In this document: positions 25,006 through 40,011 of the stretch, piece by piece
How positions within the stretch are numbered: position 1 is the first letter of the stretch
How the letters are laid out: each line of letters starts with the position of its first letter
NCBI GenBank assembly: GCA_031431875.1
Contig: JANPEF010000121.1
Coordinates: 1 to 50,998 of the forward strand
Direction of reading: 5' to 3'
Length of the DNA stretch: 50,998 bases
Source: Candidatus Eiseniibacteriota bacterium
GTDB lineage: Bacteria > Eisenbacteria > RBG-16-71-46 > DASYSL01
Notes under the pieces: model-generated
Databases searched by the model: none
Seen by the model: only the letters and a program-made list of their open reading frames with translations
Told to the model about the DNA's origin: nothing
Translations under genes and position numbers: made by a program

Positions 25006-27129
25006 TCAAGGCGCGGCGACACCCGGGGCAAGCCGCACGAGGCGGACGGTGTGCCGCGGCCCACCATCGACCGAGAGTGCCGCGAAGTAGAGGCCCGGCG
25101 GCACGCGCCGTCCCCGCTCGTCGACACCGTCCCAGGTCACCCGTTCGCGCCCGCCGGCACCCATGGTGCGACCGGCGACGAGCGCCCGGACGAGGCGGCC
25201 GCGCACGTCGATCAGCTCGAGGCGGATGCGGCGTCCGGGCGGCGCGCTCCACTCGAGCCCGGGCGCCGGTCCCGGGCTCCCGAGCGCAACGAGCGCGATT
25301 CCCGCGGCGCCGACCACGTCGGGGGGCCGTGCATCGGTGGTCAAGCCGATGGCGAACGGCGGCGAGGTGTCGCAATCGTGCACGGCGTTCCTGGCGTAGG
25401 CCACGACGCGGATGCGGACCGCGAACGCGATGACGCTCGGCACCGTCCACGTCCATGAGAACTGGTTCGCATTGCGCTTCTGCAAACGGATCGGCGGTGT
25501 GGCGAAGTCGTCGTACGACGCGTAGACGACGTGCGAATCGACGCCCGCGGTACTGAAGCTCGTCCAGCGGATCACGTAGCTCTCCCCGGGGGCGAGCATC
25601 TCGCCCCCCGCCGGTGCGGTCTGGTTGATGGCGATCGGCGTCGGTGCGGTGTAGGTGCCCATCGTCGAATCGCGGATCGCGTCAGCGCCGATGAACCCAC
25701 CCGGCCGCGTCAGCAGGTCGACCAACTCGACGTGGACCGGCCACCCGCGCCACCCGTTGCTTGGCCAGGCGCCCGGAGTGAGCGCGTTCGAGTTCGCTCC
25801 GGTTCGGCGGGCGAGTTCGAGCCCGGTGCAGGCGTCGACGAGACGGAGCGCGGCCGAATCGAGCGACGCCGCCCCCATCACGCGGTACCACAGGGAATCA
25901 CCGTAAAGCGTGAACCGAGGCGAACGTAGCGATCCGATTGGTGTCTCGTTGACCAGCCCGGAGCAGGCCGCCTGGGGGTCCGCGGGCTGGCGATACCACT
26001 CCCCGCTTCCCATCCAGCGCCAGCCGAGCGGGGCCGCCGGGGTCTCGCCGCGCCACGCCGGCGGGTCACCGAACGTCGAGCCGCGCTCGAACGCCTCGCC
26101 AAAGGTGCGCCAGCCGGGAGCCACGCCCGGACCCGGCACGAGGTACCCATCGGGAGACGCGGTGACGGTGTCGATGACGATGAGGCTCGTCGGCGCGTCG
26201 CAGATGTCGAAGCGCACGCGCGAGAGCAACTGTGTCGCGCCGACGCGGAGCTTCTCGGCCGCGCCGCCGACCGGATCGAGCGTCACCTCCTCCGCCAGGT
26301 CCCACGGGCCGGCCGACGTCGTCGCCGTGAGGATGCGCAGGCGGAAGCGTGTGTACAACAACTCCACTCGGCCATTGTCGAACACGAGCTGCGGGCTCTC
26401 GAGGTCGATCGGCGTGACGCTGTCGACGTCGATCATGAATGCTCCCGCATCGCTCCACGAGAGGAGATTTGACGAGGTTGCGTGGCCGATCGCGGGCCGT
26501 CCGATGAGCGTGTGCGCCGTGTAGAGCATGTGGTAGAGGGTGCCGTCGGTCCACAGGAACGGGTCGCGGCAGGAGGTCGCGCTGGTGCCGTCGTTGCGCG
26601 CCCAGGTCGGGGGCACCCACAGCGGATTGCCGGCGACGGGGGTCCACGTCTCGAGGTCGCTGCTGGTGAGCGCGCCGATCGCCTGGGCACCCGACGCGTT
26701 GCGCCCGCTGAAGAACATCTGCCACCCGCCGCCCGGCTTCGCGATGACGTGCGGCGCCCACGTGCCCGTCGCGGTCCACCCGTTCCCGCCCGCGGTCGTG
26801 ACGGTGGTCCGCTCGGTCCAGTGGATCAGGTCGGTGCTCTGCGCGTGCCCGATCCGGCACTCCGGGGTCGTCGGGCCGGCGAGCTCCGTGTAGAACAGAT
26901 GCCACAGGCCGCCCGACTGGAGCAGGAAGTGATCCGTGATTGCCTGGCCGGCCCGGCCGTAACCGGGCTGCTCGAAGTCGAAGCGCTGGTGCAACGTCGC
27001 TGCCCTGGCGAGGGTCAACGGGCCGGGCAGCAGGAAGCCCGCGGCAAGCGCCGCCAGCAAGGCTGCCGCGCGCGCACACGCATGCAGGATCGAGGGCCGG
27101 ACCAGCCGGCCGCGAACGGACCCGCGCAT
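25006..27129 (-). CDS. Secreted GH32/GH43-like five-bladed propeller glycosidase with Ig and FlgD-Ig C-terminal domains
   Basis: Signal peptide; IGHAQSTDLIHW, WAPHVI, CRDPF, LESPQL; tail IDVRGRLVRAL...WDGVDERG...GLYF. Confidence 0.78.
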   Translation of the reverse strand: MRGSVRGRLVRPSILHACARAAALLAALAAGFLLPGPLTLARAATLHQRFDFEQPGYGRAGQAITDHFLLQSGGLWHLFYTELAGPTTPECRIGHAQSTDLIHWTERTTVTTAGGNGWTATGTWAPHVIAKPGGGWQMFFSGRNASGAQAIGALTSSDLETWTPVAGNPLWVPPTWARNDGTSATSCRDPFLWTDGTLYHMLYTAHTLIGRPAIGHATSSNLLSWSDAGAFMIDVDSVTPIDLESPQLVFDNGRVELLYTRFRLRILTATTSAGPWDLAEEVTLDPVGGAAEKLRVGATQLLSRVRFDICDAPTSLIVIDTVTASPDGYLVPGPGVAPGWRTFGEAFERGSTFGDPPAWRGETPAAPLGWRWMGSGEWYRQPADPQAACSGLVNETPIGSLRSPRFTLYGDSLWYRVMGAASLDSAALRLVDACTGLELARRTGANSNALTPGAWPSNGWRGWPVHVELVDLLTRPGGFIGADAIRDSTMGTYTAPTPIAINQTAPAGGEMLAPGESYVIRWTSFSTAGVDSHVVYASYDDFATPPIRLQKRNANQFSWTWTVPSVIAFAVRIRVVAYARNAVHDCDTSPPFAIGLTTDARPPDVVGAAGIALVALGSPGPAPGLEWSAPPGRRIRLELIDVRGRLVRALVAGRTMGAGGRERVTWDGVDERGRRVPPGLYFAALSVDGGPRHTVRLVRLAPGVAAP

Positions 27130-27191
27130 CTCGACTCCGACTCGACGGCACGAACGGCCGGGGGGCGCGGCGCGCCGTGGCGCCGCGATGC

Positions 27192-28067
27192 CTAGAGAGA
27201 TCGGGAGGGGGTCCCCGACGGTCGCCAGAAATACGTCCCTTCGAACCCAGTCACGACGGGCCCGGTCAGCGTCACATCATGATAGCGGCCACGCTCCTCG
27301 CGGAAGGAAACCTCCAGCTCGTCGCCGCTCGCCACCTCGAGCGTCACGGGCGCGGTCACGCGCCCCGCGGCCACGAGCGCGATTGCAGTCGCCGCCGCGC
27401 CGGTGCCGCAGGCGAGCGTCTCGCCCTCGACACCGCGCTCGAAGGTGCGCAGGCGCACGCGGCTCGCCCCGCGGACGCTCACCACATCCACGTTCGCTCC
27501 CGCCGGGCCGAGCTCCGCGTGCGCGCGCAGCGGCGGCGCAAACGTCGCCAGGTCCACCGCGTCGGCATCCGCTACCTCGATGACGAGGTGCGGCACGCCG
27601 ACGGTGAGGCTCGCGCCGTGCACCACGCCGGAGACGGTGGCGAACGGGCGATCGAGCACTGGCGCGTCCGCGTCGCCGAGCACGAGCTCGACCCGGTCGC
27701 CGCGCACGCTCGCGCGGTGGCGGCCCGCATCCGAGGCGAACCCGACGCACCCTTCCTGGCCCAGGCCACGGGCGACCGCGAACGCGGCGAGACAGCGACC
27801 GCCGTTGCCGCAGAGTTCCGCCCGGCCTCCGTCGCGGTTGAAGTAGCGCATGCGAAAGTCGAGCCGCTCCCCCGCTCCTGTGGCGTCCCCCGCCGCATCG
27901 AGGAACAGCACGCCGTCGGCACCGATGCCCCGCCGGCGATCGCACACGTCGCGCACGAAGGCGGCGACATGGCCGAGCGCGTCGGCGAGTTCCGGCTGGT
28001 CGCGCCGATCCACGACGACGAAGTCGTTGCCGGCGCCGTGCATCTTGGTGAACGGGATGCTGATCAC
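27192..28067 (-). CDS. dapF: Diaminopimelate epimerase
   Basis: FTKMHGAGNDF, ELCGNGGRC, FERGVEGETLACGTGA. Confidence 0.97.
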   Translation of the reverse strand: MISIPFTKMHGAGNDFVVVDRRDQPELADALGHVAAFVRDVCDRRRGIGADGVLFLDAAGDATGAGERLDFRMRYFNRDGGRAELCGNGGRCLAAFAVARGLGQEGCVGFASDAGRHRASVRGDRVELVLGDADAPVLDRPFATVSGVVHGASLTVGVPHLVIEVADADAVDLATFAPPLRAHAELGPAGANVDVVSVRGASRVRLRTFERGVEGETLACGTGAAATAIALVAAGRVTAPVTLEVASGDELEVSFREERGRYHDVTLTGPVVTGFEGTYFWRPSGTPSRSL

Positions 28068-28075
28068 GGGCGGTC

Positions 28076-29134
28076 TCAGGGGGATGCCGGAAGGACGAGG
28101 GTCAGGTCCGCCACGCGACCGGCGGGCTCCAGGTCGATTTCGATGGTGGCCGAGCGCGGCTCGTTGGCGGCCAACGTGCGGTCCTCATCAAGATCGCGGA
28201 AGCCCGTCAGGCGCCAGCGACCACCCCGCAGGTTGCCGACAAAGCGTCCCTCCCGCACGTCGAGCACGATCACCGGTGCCCGATCCGCCGCCGCCACCGG
28301 CTCGAGGGGGACACCCCGCACCTCGACACGGAGCGGGGCCGTTCCGGGTGCGAGAGAGTCTACCACAGCCCCTTCCACCCGGGCCAAGGCCTCGGGATCG
28401 GTGGCGATCACCCGGACGTCCCGGGCCTCGGGTGCCGCCGCGGTGAGCACGAGCAAGCTCTCCGAGCGGACCAGGAGGTCCGACCCCGGCTCGAAGGTCC
28501 GGTTCCGCGAGCGGTCGACGAAGGCGTACAGGCGGTACGTCCCGGGGACTTCGAGCCCGACGAAGCGGAAGACTCCGCCGGCCCGGGCCCTCGCCAGCGC
28601 GTCCATGTCGAGCGCCGTGGAGTCGGGTCTCCGGGCGCGGTCCTCGCGGTAGGCCCACAGATAGACGCCCTCGGGCACGACCCCACGCCCGTCCAGCCGC
28701 CCGGTGATCAACCCGGGCCCGAAGGCCGCGCCCGTCGTGAAGTGGACGGCGAATGGCCGGTCGACCACGTTGCCACGGGCGTCGCGCACGCCGGCGACGA
28801 GCAGCATCGTATGCACGGTCGAGGCGCGCAGCGGCCGGTCAGGACGGAAGGTGACCGTGCGCCCGCCCGCCCACGAGAACGTTCCGCCGCGCACGCCCGG
28901 CGCGACGAGCAGGCCCGTCTCGACGCTGGCGCGATCCATCGGCTCGCTGAACGACAGGCGGATCACCGCCGCCGTGTCGACACCGGTGGCGCCCGAGTCG
29001 GGCTCGATCGACAGGAGTTCGGGCGGCGCCACGTCGCGCGGCCCGCCGGTCGGCGGCAGCTTGCGCGCGCAACCGGCGAGCGCCCAGCCGCACAGCAGCC
29101 CGGCCATCGCGATCCTGGCGTTCCGCCGCTTCAC
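28076..29134 (-). CDS. Lipoprotein with Ig-like (Big_5) domain
   Basis: Lipobox LAGC, PPTGGPRDVAPP, IRLSFSEPMD. Confidence 0.82.
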   Translation of the reverse strand: MKRRNARIAMAGLLCGWALAGCARKLPPTGGPRDVAPPELLSIEPDSGATGVDTAAVIRLSFSEPMDRASVETGLLVAPGVRGGTFSWAGGRTVTFRPDRPLRASTVHTMLLVAGVRDARGNVVDRPFAVHFTTGAAFGPGLITGRLDGRGVVPEGVYLWAYREDRARRPDSTALDMDALARARAGGVFRFVGLEVPGTYRLYAFVDRSRNRTFEPGSDLLVRSESLLVLTAAAPEARDVRVIATDPEALARVEGAVVDSLAPGTAPLRVEVRGVPLEPVAAADRAPVIVLDVREGRFVGNLRGGRWRLTGFRDLDEDRTLAANEPRSATIEIDLEPAGRVADLTLVLPASP

Positions 29135-30612
29135 AGGATGAATCGCGCCGTGTCGGGGTCGACGAACAGCGCCTCGAGGCGACGGCGCACGTCCTCGCGG
29201 GTGATCACGACCTGCTTCAGCTTCGGGTCGGGCACGTCGAAGAGGATATCCTCGAGGAGCGTGGCCAGCACGGTCTGCAGCCGGCGCGCCCCGATGTTCT
29301 CGCTCGTGGCATTGAGCCGGCCCGCCAGCGCGGCGATCTCCCGGATCGCCGCCCGTTCGAAGCGCAGCCGCGTGCCGTCGGCGGCGAGCAGGGCCTTGTA
29401 CTGCTTGATCGGCGCGTTCTCGGGCTCGGTCAGGATGCGCACGAAGTCGGCCTCGGTGAGCGCGGCCAGCTCGACGCGGATCGGGAAGCGACCCTGCAAC
29501 TCGGGGATCAGGTCGCTCGGCTTGGCGTGGTGGAAGGCGCCCGCGGCGATGAACAGCATGTGCTCGGTCTTCACCATCCCGTAGCGCGTCGGCACGTTCG
29601 TCCCCTCGACCACCGGCAGCAGGTCGCGCTGGACGCCCGCCCGCGACACGTCGGGACCCGGCCCGGACGCGCCCGCGGCGGCCGCGATCTTGTCGATTTC
29701 GTCGATGAAGACGATCCCGGTGTTCTCCGCGCGGTCGAGCGCCTCGATCACGATCTTGTCGTGATCGATCAGCCGATCGACCTCCTCGTCGAACAGGATC
29801 TCCTGCGCGTCGGCCACGTCGAGGCGGCGTTGCTTCTTGCGCGGGGGCAGCGCATCGGCCAGCCAGTCACCGAGACTCGCCTCGCCCTCGTCGAACGGCA
29901 GGTGACCGAGCGCCTCGGGCGGCGGGCCCGGGCGCACGGCGACCTCGATCTCGACCTTGCGATCGTCAAGTCGTCCGGCGCGCAAGCGCCGGACAAGCCG
30001 TTTCCGCTCGGCCACCCACGCGGCGGCCGCCCGTTTCTGTGACGCATTCACCGGCCCCTCGGCAGCCGCCTGCGGCGGCTGCAACAGGTCGAGCAGCCGC
30101 GCGTCGACGCGCTCCCATGCCTCGTCCTCGACATCGTCGATGTGCTCCTCGCGCACCAGCCCGACCGAGAGCTCGACCAGGTCGCGCACCATCGACTCGA
30201 CGTCGCGGCCCATGTAGCCGACCTCGGTGAACTTCGACGCTTCAACCTTGACGAAAGGCGCCTGGGCGAGGAACGCAAGGCGCCGGGCCAGCTCGGTCTT
30301 TCCCACCCCGGTCGGGCCGATGAGGATGATGTTCGCCGGCTGGATCTCCTCGCGGATCTCGTCGTCGATCCGCCAGCGCCGCCAGCGATTGCGCAGCGCG
30401 ATGGCGACCGCCTTCTTCGCCTTCGCCTGGCCGATCACGTACTTGTCGAGCTCGGCGACGATCTCCCGCGGGGTGAGCTCGGCGACCTCGTCGTCCCCCG
30501 CCGCGGTGCCCGGCCCGCTCCGGCGACCGGGCTGCGTCTTGGCGGGCTTCGCGGCCCGCGGCGGTGCCTTCCCGGCGGCGGCGCCGCGCCCGCTCGAGCC
30601 GCGAGTCTTCAC
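29131..30612 (-). CDS. hslU: ATP-dependent protease ATPase subunit HslU
   Basis: LTPREIVAELDKYVIGQ, GPTGVGKTE, IDEIDKI, PELQGRFPIRVEL, ENIGARRL, C-terminal RFIL. Confidence 0.97.
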   Translation of the reverse strand: MKTRGSSGRGAAAGKAPPRAAKPAKTQPGRRSGPGTAAGDDEVAELTPREIVAELDKYVIGQAKAKKAVAIALRNRWRRWRIDDEIREEIQPANIILIGPTGVGKTELARRLAFLAQAPFVKVEASKFTEVGYMGRDVESMVRDLVELSVGLVREEHIDDVEDEAWERVDARLLDLLQPPQAAAEGPVNASQKRAAAAWVAERKRLVRRLRAGRLDDRKVEIEVAVRPGPPPEALGHLPFDEGEASLGDWLADALPPRKKQRRLDVADAQEILFDEEVDRLIDHDKIVIEALDRAENTGIVFIDEIDKIAAAAGASGPGPDVSRAGVQRDLLPVVEGTNVPTRYGMVKTEHMLFIAAGAFHHAKPSDLIPELQGRFPIRVELAALTEADFVRILTEPENAPIKQYKALLAADGTRLRFERAAIREIAALAGRLNATSENIGARRLQTVLATLLEDILFDVPDPKLKQVVITREDVRRRLEALFVDPDTARFIL

Positions 30613-31166
30613 GCGAGAACCTCGATCTCGAGCGACTGGTTGGTGTAGATGCACAGCTCTCCGGCCACGGACAGGCTGGCGCGCACCAGGGCCTCGGGCG
30701 CGAGCTTCGTGTTGCGCAGCAGCGCGCGTGCGGCGGCCAGTGCGTACGGCGCGCCCGAGCCGATCGCCACGATGCCGTCGTCGGGCTCGACGATCTCGCC
30801 GCTGCCGGCGACGAACAGCGCGCGCTTGCGATCGACGCAGGCGAGCGTCGCATCGAGCCGATGCAGCAGCCGGTCGGTGCGCCACTCCTTCGCCAGCGCG
30901 ACACAGGCGCGCTCGAGCTGCCCCGGGTGGCGCTTGAGCTGTTCCTCGAGGCGATCGAGCAGGGCCAGCGCGTCCCCGGCGGCGCCGGCGAATCCGGCGA
31001 GCACCTCGCCGCCACCGAGGCGGCGGATCTTCCGGGCATTCGCCTTGACCACCATGTCCCCGAGCGTGACCTGTCCGTCGGAACCGAGCGCGGCGACGCC
31101 GCCATGGACGTGGGCGAGCACGGTAGTGGCGCGCAACGGGGGTCGGACCAGCGGGCGTGAGAGCAT
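30609..31166 (-). CDS. hslV: ATP-dependent protease peptidase subunit HslV
   Basis: ATTV catalytic Thr, DGQVTLG, AGFAG, IGSGAPYA, CIYTN (alternative GTG start at 31187). Confidence 0.96.
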   Translation of the reverse strand: MLSRPLVRPPLRATTVLAHVHGGVAALGSDGQVTLGDMVVKANARKIRRLGGGEVLAGFAGAAGDALALLDRLEEQLKRHPGQLERACVALAKEWRTDRLLHRLDATLACVDRKRALFVAGSGEIVEPDDGIVAIGSGAPYALAAARALLRNTKLAPEALVRASLSVAGELCIYTNQSLEIEVLA

Positions 31167-31188
31167 GGATTCTCCGGCGACGGGCACA

Positions 31189-32088
31189 TCAAGCCCGCGG
31201 ATGAGCCTTCTCGTAGGCGCGGCGCAGGCGCCGCGGGTTGACCTGCGTGTAGACCTGCGTGCTGGCGAGCGAAGCGTGGCCGAGCAATTCCTGGATGGCG
31301 CGCAACTCGGCGCCGGCGTCGAGCAGGTGACTGGCGAACGAGTGGCGCAGCGCGTGCGGGCTCACGCCCGTCGCCTTCGCCGTCTCGGCGAGCGCGGCGT
31401 GCACGGCGCGCTGCACGGTGCGCGGCGACAGGCGGCGGCCGCTCGGGCCGAGGAACAACGGCTCGTCCCCGCCCACGGTTCGCGCCGGTGCGGGCCGGCC
31501 GCGGCGATCGCGCAGCATGCCGAGCAGCGCCACCTTGGCGTGGGCGCCGAACGGCACGATGCGCTCCTTGTCCCCCTTGCCGATCACGCGCACGGTGCGG
31601 CCGCCCCAGTCGACTGCGGAGAGGTCGAGGCTGAGCGTCTCGGACAGGCGAAGCCCGGAGCCGTAGAACAGTTCGAGCAGCGCGCGGTCCCGGCGCTCGG
31701 TCGGCGTGCCGATCGGCAGCGCCGAGAGCGCGCGGTTGAGCGGCTCCGACGGCAGCGTCCGCGGCAGCCGGCGCGGCTTGCGCGGCAGCGGCAGCGCGGC
31801 GGCCGCGTCGGTCGCCGCCCCCTGCTCGGCGACATAGCGTGAAAAGGTGCGCCAGGCGGCGACCGCGCGCGCCTGCGATGAGGCGGCGAGCCCGCGCCGC
31901 GCCAGCGTCGCGAGCGCCTCGGCCAGCGCGAGCGAGGTAAAGCGCTCGGGCGGCACGTCGGCTCCGGGGCGCGCGGCGAGCGCGTCGAGCAGCCGCTCGA
32001 CCTCGAAGCGGTAGGCGATGAGCGTGCGCGGCGAGAGGCGGCGGGCGCCCTCGAGGTGACGGAGGAAGTCGGCGAGGACGGCGCGCAT
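31189..32088 (-). CDS. xerC: Tyrosine recombinase XerC
   Basis: RDRALLELFYGSGLRLSE, GKGDKERIVP, LSPRTVQR, SPHALRHSFASHLL, YEKAHPRA; topA-xerC-hslVU context. Confidence 0.9.
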   Translation of the reverse strand: MRAVLADFLRHLEGARRLSPRTLIAYRFEVERLLDALAARPGADVPPERFTSLALAEALATLARRGLAASSQARAVAAWRTFSRYVAEQGAATDAAAALPLPRKPRRLPRTLPSEPLNRALSALPIGTPTERRDRALLELFYGSGLRLSETLSLDLSAVDWGGRTVRVIGKGDKERIVPFGAHAKVALLGMLRDRRGRPAPARTVGGDEPLFLGPSGRRLSPRTVQRAVHAALAETAKATGVSPHALRHSFASHLLDAGAELRAIQELLGHASLASTQVYTQVNPRRLRRAYEKAHPRA

Positions 32089-32102
32089 GCCGGGCCGGGG
32101 CC

Positions 32103-34601
<2,499 letters not shown>

Positions 34602-34608
34602 GGGACCC

Positions 34609-35057
34609 TCAGTGGACACCGGGGAAGTCACTCCGATCGCCGCCCAGGCCACCGCCCAGCGCGGCCTCGAGCACCAGGTCCTGGACCTCGTCCAGGCCGA
34701 CGCGCCGATCGCTCGAGGCGAGCGCGCGCTCGAGCACCCACTCGAATTGTTCCTCGTCGATCGATCCGGCACCGCGCACGCCCAGCAGGTAGCCGTACGC
34801 CTCGGGCGTCAGGCGGCTGCGCTCCTCGAGCGACAGGACGCGATTGCCACGCGGCGAACCGGTCTCGCCGGCGGGCAGTTCCTCGCGGTTCGAATCGGTG
34901 AGCGCGAGGATCGCCTCGATCGCGGCCGCGAGTTCGTCGCCCGGGACGTCCGACGAGGCGAGCACGTCCTGCAGCTCCTCGAGGGCGAACTCGTCGCCGT
35001 CGAGGGCCGCCCGGAGCTGGAATGCGACCCGGCGCAGGAGCGCCTTCACCTTCTCGT

Positions 35058-35061
<4 letters not shown>
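34609..35061 (-). CDS. smg: Smg/DUF494 family protein
   Basis: RVLSLEERSRLTPEAYGYLL...EQFEWVLERAL, C-terminal VH; lies upstream of topA. Confidence 0.8.
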
Positions 35062-38030
<2,969 letters not shown>

Positions 38031-38119
38031 GGTCCCTTTCGATCTGGCGAGTGCGGACTAAAGCGCGACCCGACGAATGTGCATCCGTCGGGTCGGGTGG
38101 CGCCGTGTCTCCTGGTGAG

Positions 38120-38320
38120 TCAGACCTTTACGACGTGGGCGGCCTCGAGTCCCTTCTCTCCCTGACGTTCCTCGTATTCCACCTGCTCGCCCTCATGGAG
38201 GGTCCGATACCCGGGCCCCTCGATGACGGTGTGATGCACGTACACCTCTTCCCCGTTCTCGCGCGCGATGAACCCGTAACCGCGGGCATCGTTGAACCAT
38301 TTGACCGTGCCTCTGAGCAT
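38120..38320 (-). CDS. Cold-shock domain protein
   Basis: GTVKWFNDARGYGFI (RNP1), VYVHH (RNP2); GGAGG RBS. Confidence 0.93.
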   Translation of the reverse strand: MLRGTVKWFNDARGYGFIARENGEEVYVHHTVIEGPGYRTLHEGEQVEYEERQGEKGLEAAHVVKV

Positions 38321-38368
38321 GGACCAACCTCCTCCATGTCGGCGTACGCGCACGGGCCACCGAGGGGC

Positions 38369-38398
38369 AGCCTAGCGAGCGCCCCGGTTCGCGGTCAA
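38369..38398 (-). promoter_or_regulatory. Putative promoter for csp and the downstream secA unit
   Basis: TTGACC-N18-TAGGCT. Confidence 0.55.
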
Positions 38399-38413
38399 GA
38401 GATTCGCAAGACT

Positions 38414-39358
38414 CTAATGAGGGGTGGGCGGCGTGGGCGCGGCCAGCGGCGTGCGCCGCAACGTCTTGGCCAGCGCGGCCGCCAGCGGATGCGCCGGGTC
38501 GGCGGCGAGCACGAAGTCGAGCTGCGCCTCGGCCTCGGCCCGCTGACCGCGGCGCAGGAGCGCCTCGGACAGGTAGACGCGGGCCTCGTGGTAGCAAGAA
38601 TGGAGCTCGAGCGCGCGCCCGCACGACTCGGCACAGTCGTCCCACTCGCCACGCTCACGGCGCACCAGCGCCAGCGCCAGATGCGCGTCGGGGAACTGCG
38701 GGTGCGCCGACAGGAGCCCGCGCGCCAGCGCCAGCGCCTCGCCCGAGCGGCCGTCGGCGAGCCGCGTGCCGATCTCGCGCAGACGCTCGTCCACGCCGCC
38801 GCCCGAGACGCCGAAGGCGCGGCGCAGGGCTTCCCCCCCGCCCTCCCAATCGGCCTCGGCAAGGCGCGCCAGGCCACGTTCGAACTCGGCGCCCTCCGCG
38901 GGCATGCGCACCTCGCCCAGCCGCTTGAGCAGAGCGAGGCTCTCGCCGAGACGGCCTTCGCGCGCCTCGAGGAGCGCCAGCTCGAGCCGCGGCGCGGCGT
39001 AGCCCGGCGCGAGTTGCACCGCGGCCGCAAACGCCCCGCGCGCGCCCTTCGCATCGCGGGCCTTGAGGCGGGCGACGCCGAGGCGATGATGAAGGTCCGG
39101 GAAGCGGGGCGCGTCGGCGACCGCCCGCTCGAAGTCAGCGATCGCCTCGGGAAGCGCGCCAGCGGCGAGGTGCAGGTCTCCGAGGTCGGCCGCGAGCAGC
39201 GCGCGCAGCGCCCGCGTCTGCCCGTGGGCGGCCAGCGCGGGATCGGCGGCGGTGCGCGCCTCGAGCGCGGCCATCCCCTCGGCCGGACGGCCGGCGCGGC
39301 GCAGGCGCGTGACCTCATCCCAGAGCGGGCTCTCGGCAGGTGTCGACGAATCGTCCAT
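38414..39358 (-). CDS. Tetratricopeptide repeat protein
   Basis: Repeats AIADFERAVADAPRFPDLHHRLG, HPQFPDAHLALA, YHEARVYL. Confidence 0.85.
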   Translation of the reverse strand: MDDSSTPAESPLWDEVTRLRRAGRPAEGMAALEARTAADPALAAHGQTRALRALLAADLGDLHLAAGALPEAIADFERAVADAPRFPDLHHRLGVARLKARDAKGARGAFAAAVQLAPGYAAPRLELALLEAREGRLGESLALLKRLGEVRMPAEGAEFERGLARLAEADWEGGGEALRRAFGVSGGGVDERLREIGTRLADGRSGEALALARGLLSAHPQFPDAHLALALVRRERGEWDDCAESCGRALELHSCYHEARVYLSEALLRRGQRAEAEAQLDFVLAADPAHPLAAALAKTLRRTPLAAPTPPTPH

Positions 39359-39416
39359 GCGGGCAGTCTAGGCGGCCGGACGGCCGCTGGCGAGCCCGGA
39401 ACAGGGCGGCAACCGC

Positions 39417-39446
39417 TTGCGAGGGGAGAAACGACGGTGCTACCTT
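39417..39446 (+). promoter_or_regulatory. Putative promoter of the sixA-kinase-kinase-CHAD operon
   Basis: TTGCGA-N18-TACCTT with an extended TG, followed by a GGAGGT RBS. Confidence 0.5.
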
Positions 39447-39477
39447 GAGAGTCCGTCGAATCGGAGGTCGCATCCCG

Positions 39478-40011
39478 ATGCAGCTCATTCTCTTCCGCCA
39501 TGGCCCGGCGGGTCGCCCTGACCCTTCCCGCTGGCCCGATGACAGCGCGCGGCCGCTCACGCCGCGCGGCGAGGAGAAGACGCGTGCCGCCGCCAAGGGG
39601 CTGGCCCGCGCGTTGCCCGCCGCTGCCGCGGTGTGGACGAGCCCGCTCGTTCGTGCGGCCCGCACGGCGGAAATCCTCGCCCGGGAACTCGACTCCCGAG
39701 GGCCGAGGACGGTCGCCGCGCTCGCCTCGGGTGGATCCGAACGCGCGCTGCTCGAGTTGCTCGCCGCCACCGTCGCCGACGACGCCGGGGCGACGATTGT
39801 CCTCGTCGGCCACGAACCGGAGCTCGGCCGGCTCGCCGGCTCACTGCTGGTCGATCCCGCGCGTGCGCTGCCGCTCAAGAAGGCCGGCGCCTGCGCACTT
39901 TCATTCGACGGGGCGCCGGGCAAGAAGCTCGGCGACCTCGAGTGGTTCCTCTCGCCGCGCCTGCTGCGCGCGCTCGGCGCCCGCACGCGCGCCGCTCACG
40001 GAGCATCATGA
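39478..40011 (+). CDS. sixA: SixA-like phosphohistidine phosphatase
   Basis: LILFRHG, RPLTPRG, TSPLVRAARTAEI, LVGHEP. Confidence 0.88.
   Translation: MQLILFRHGPAGRPDPSRWPDDSARPLTPRGEEKTRAAAKGLARALPAAAAVWTSPLVRAARTAEILARELDSRGPRTVAALASGGSERALLELLAATVADDAGATIVLVGHEPELGRLAGSLLVDPARALPLKKAGACALSFDGAPGKKLGDLEWFLSPRLLRALGARTRAAHGAS

Noticed and set aside
30205..30225. HslU pore loop GYMG instead of GYVG
   Set aside because: Conservative substitution; all other motifs are intact
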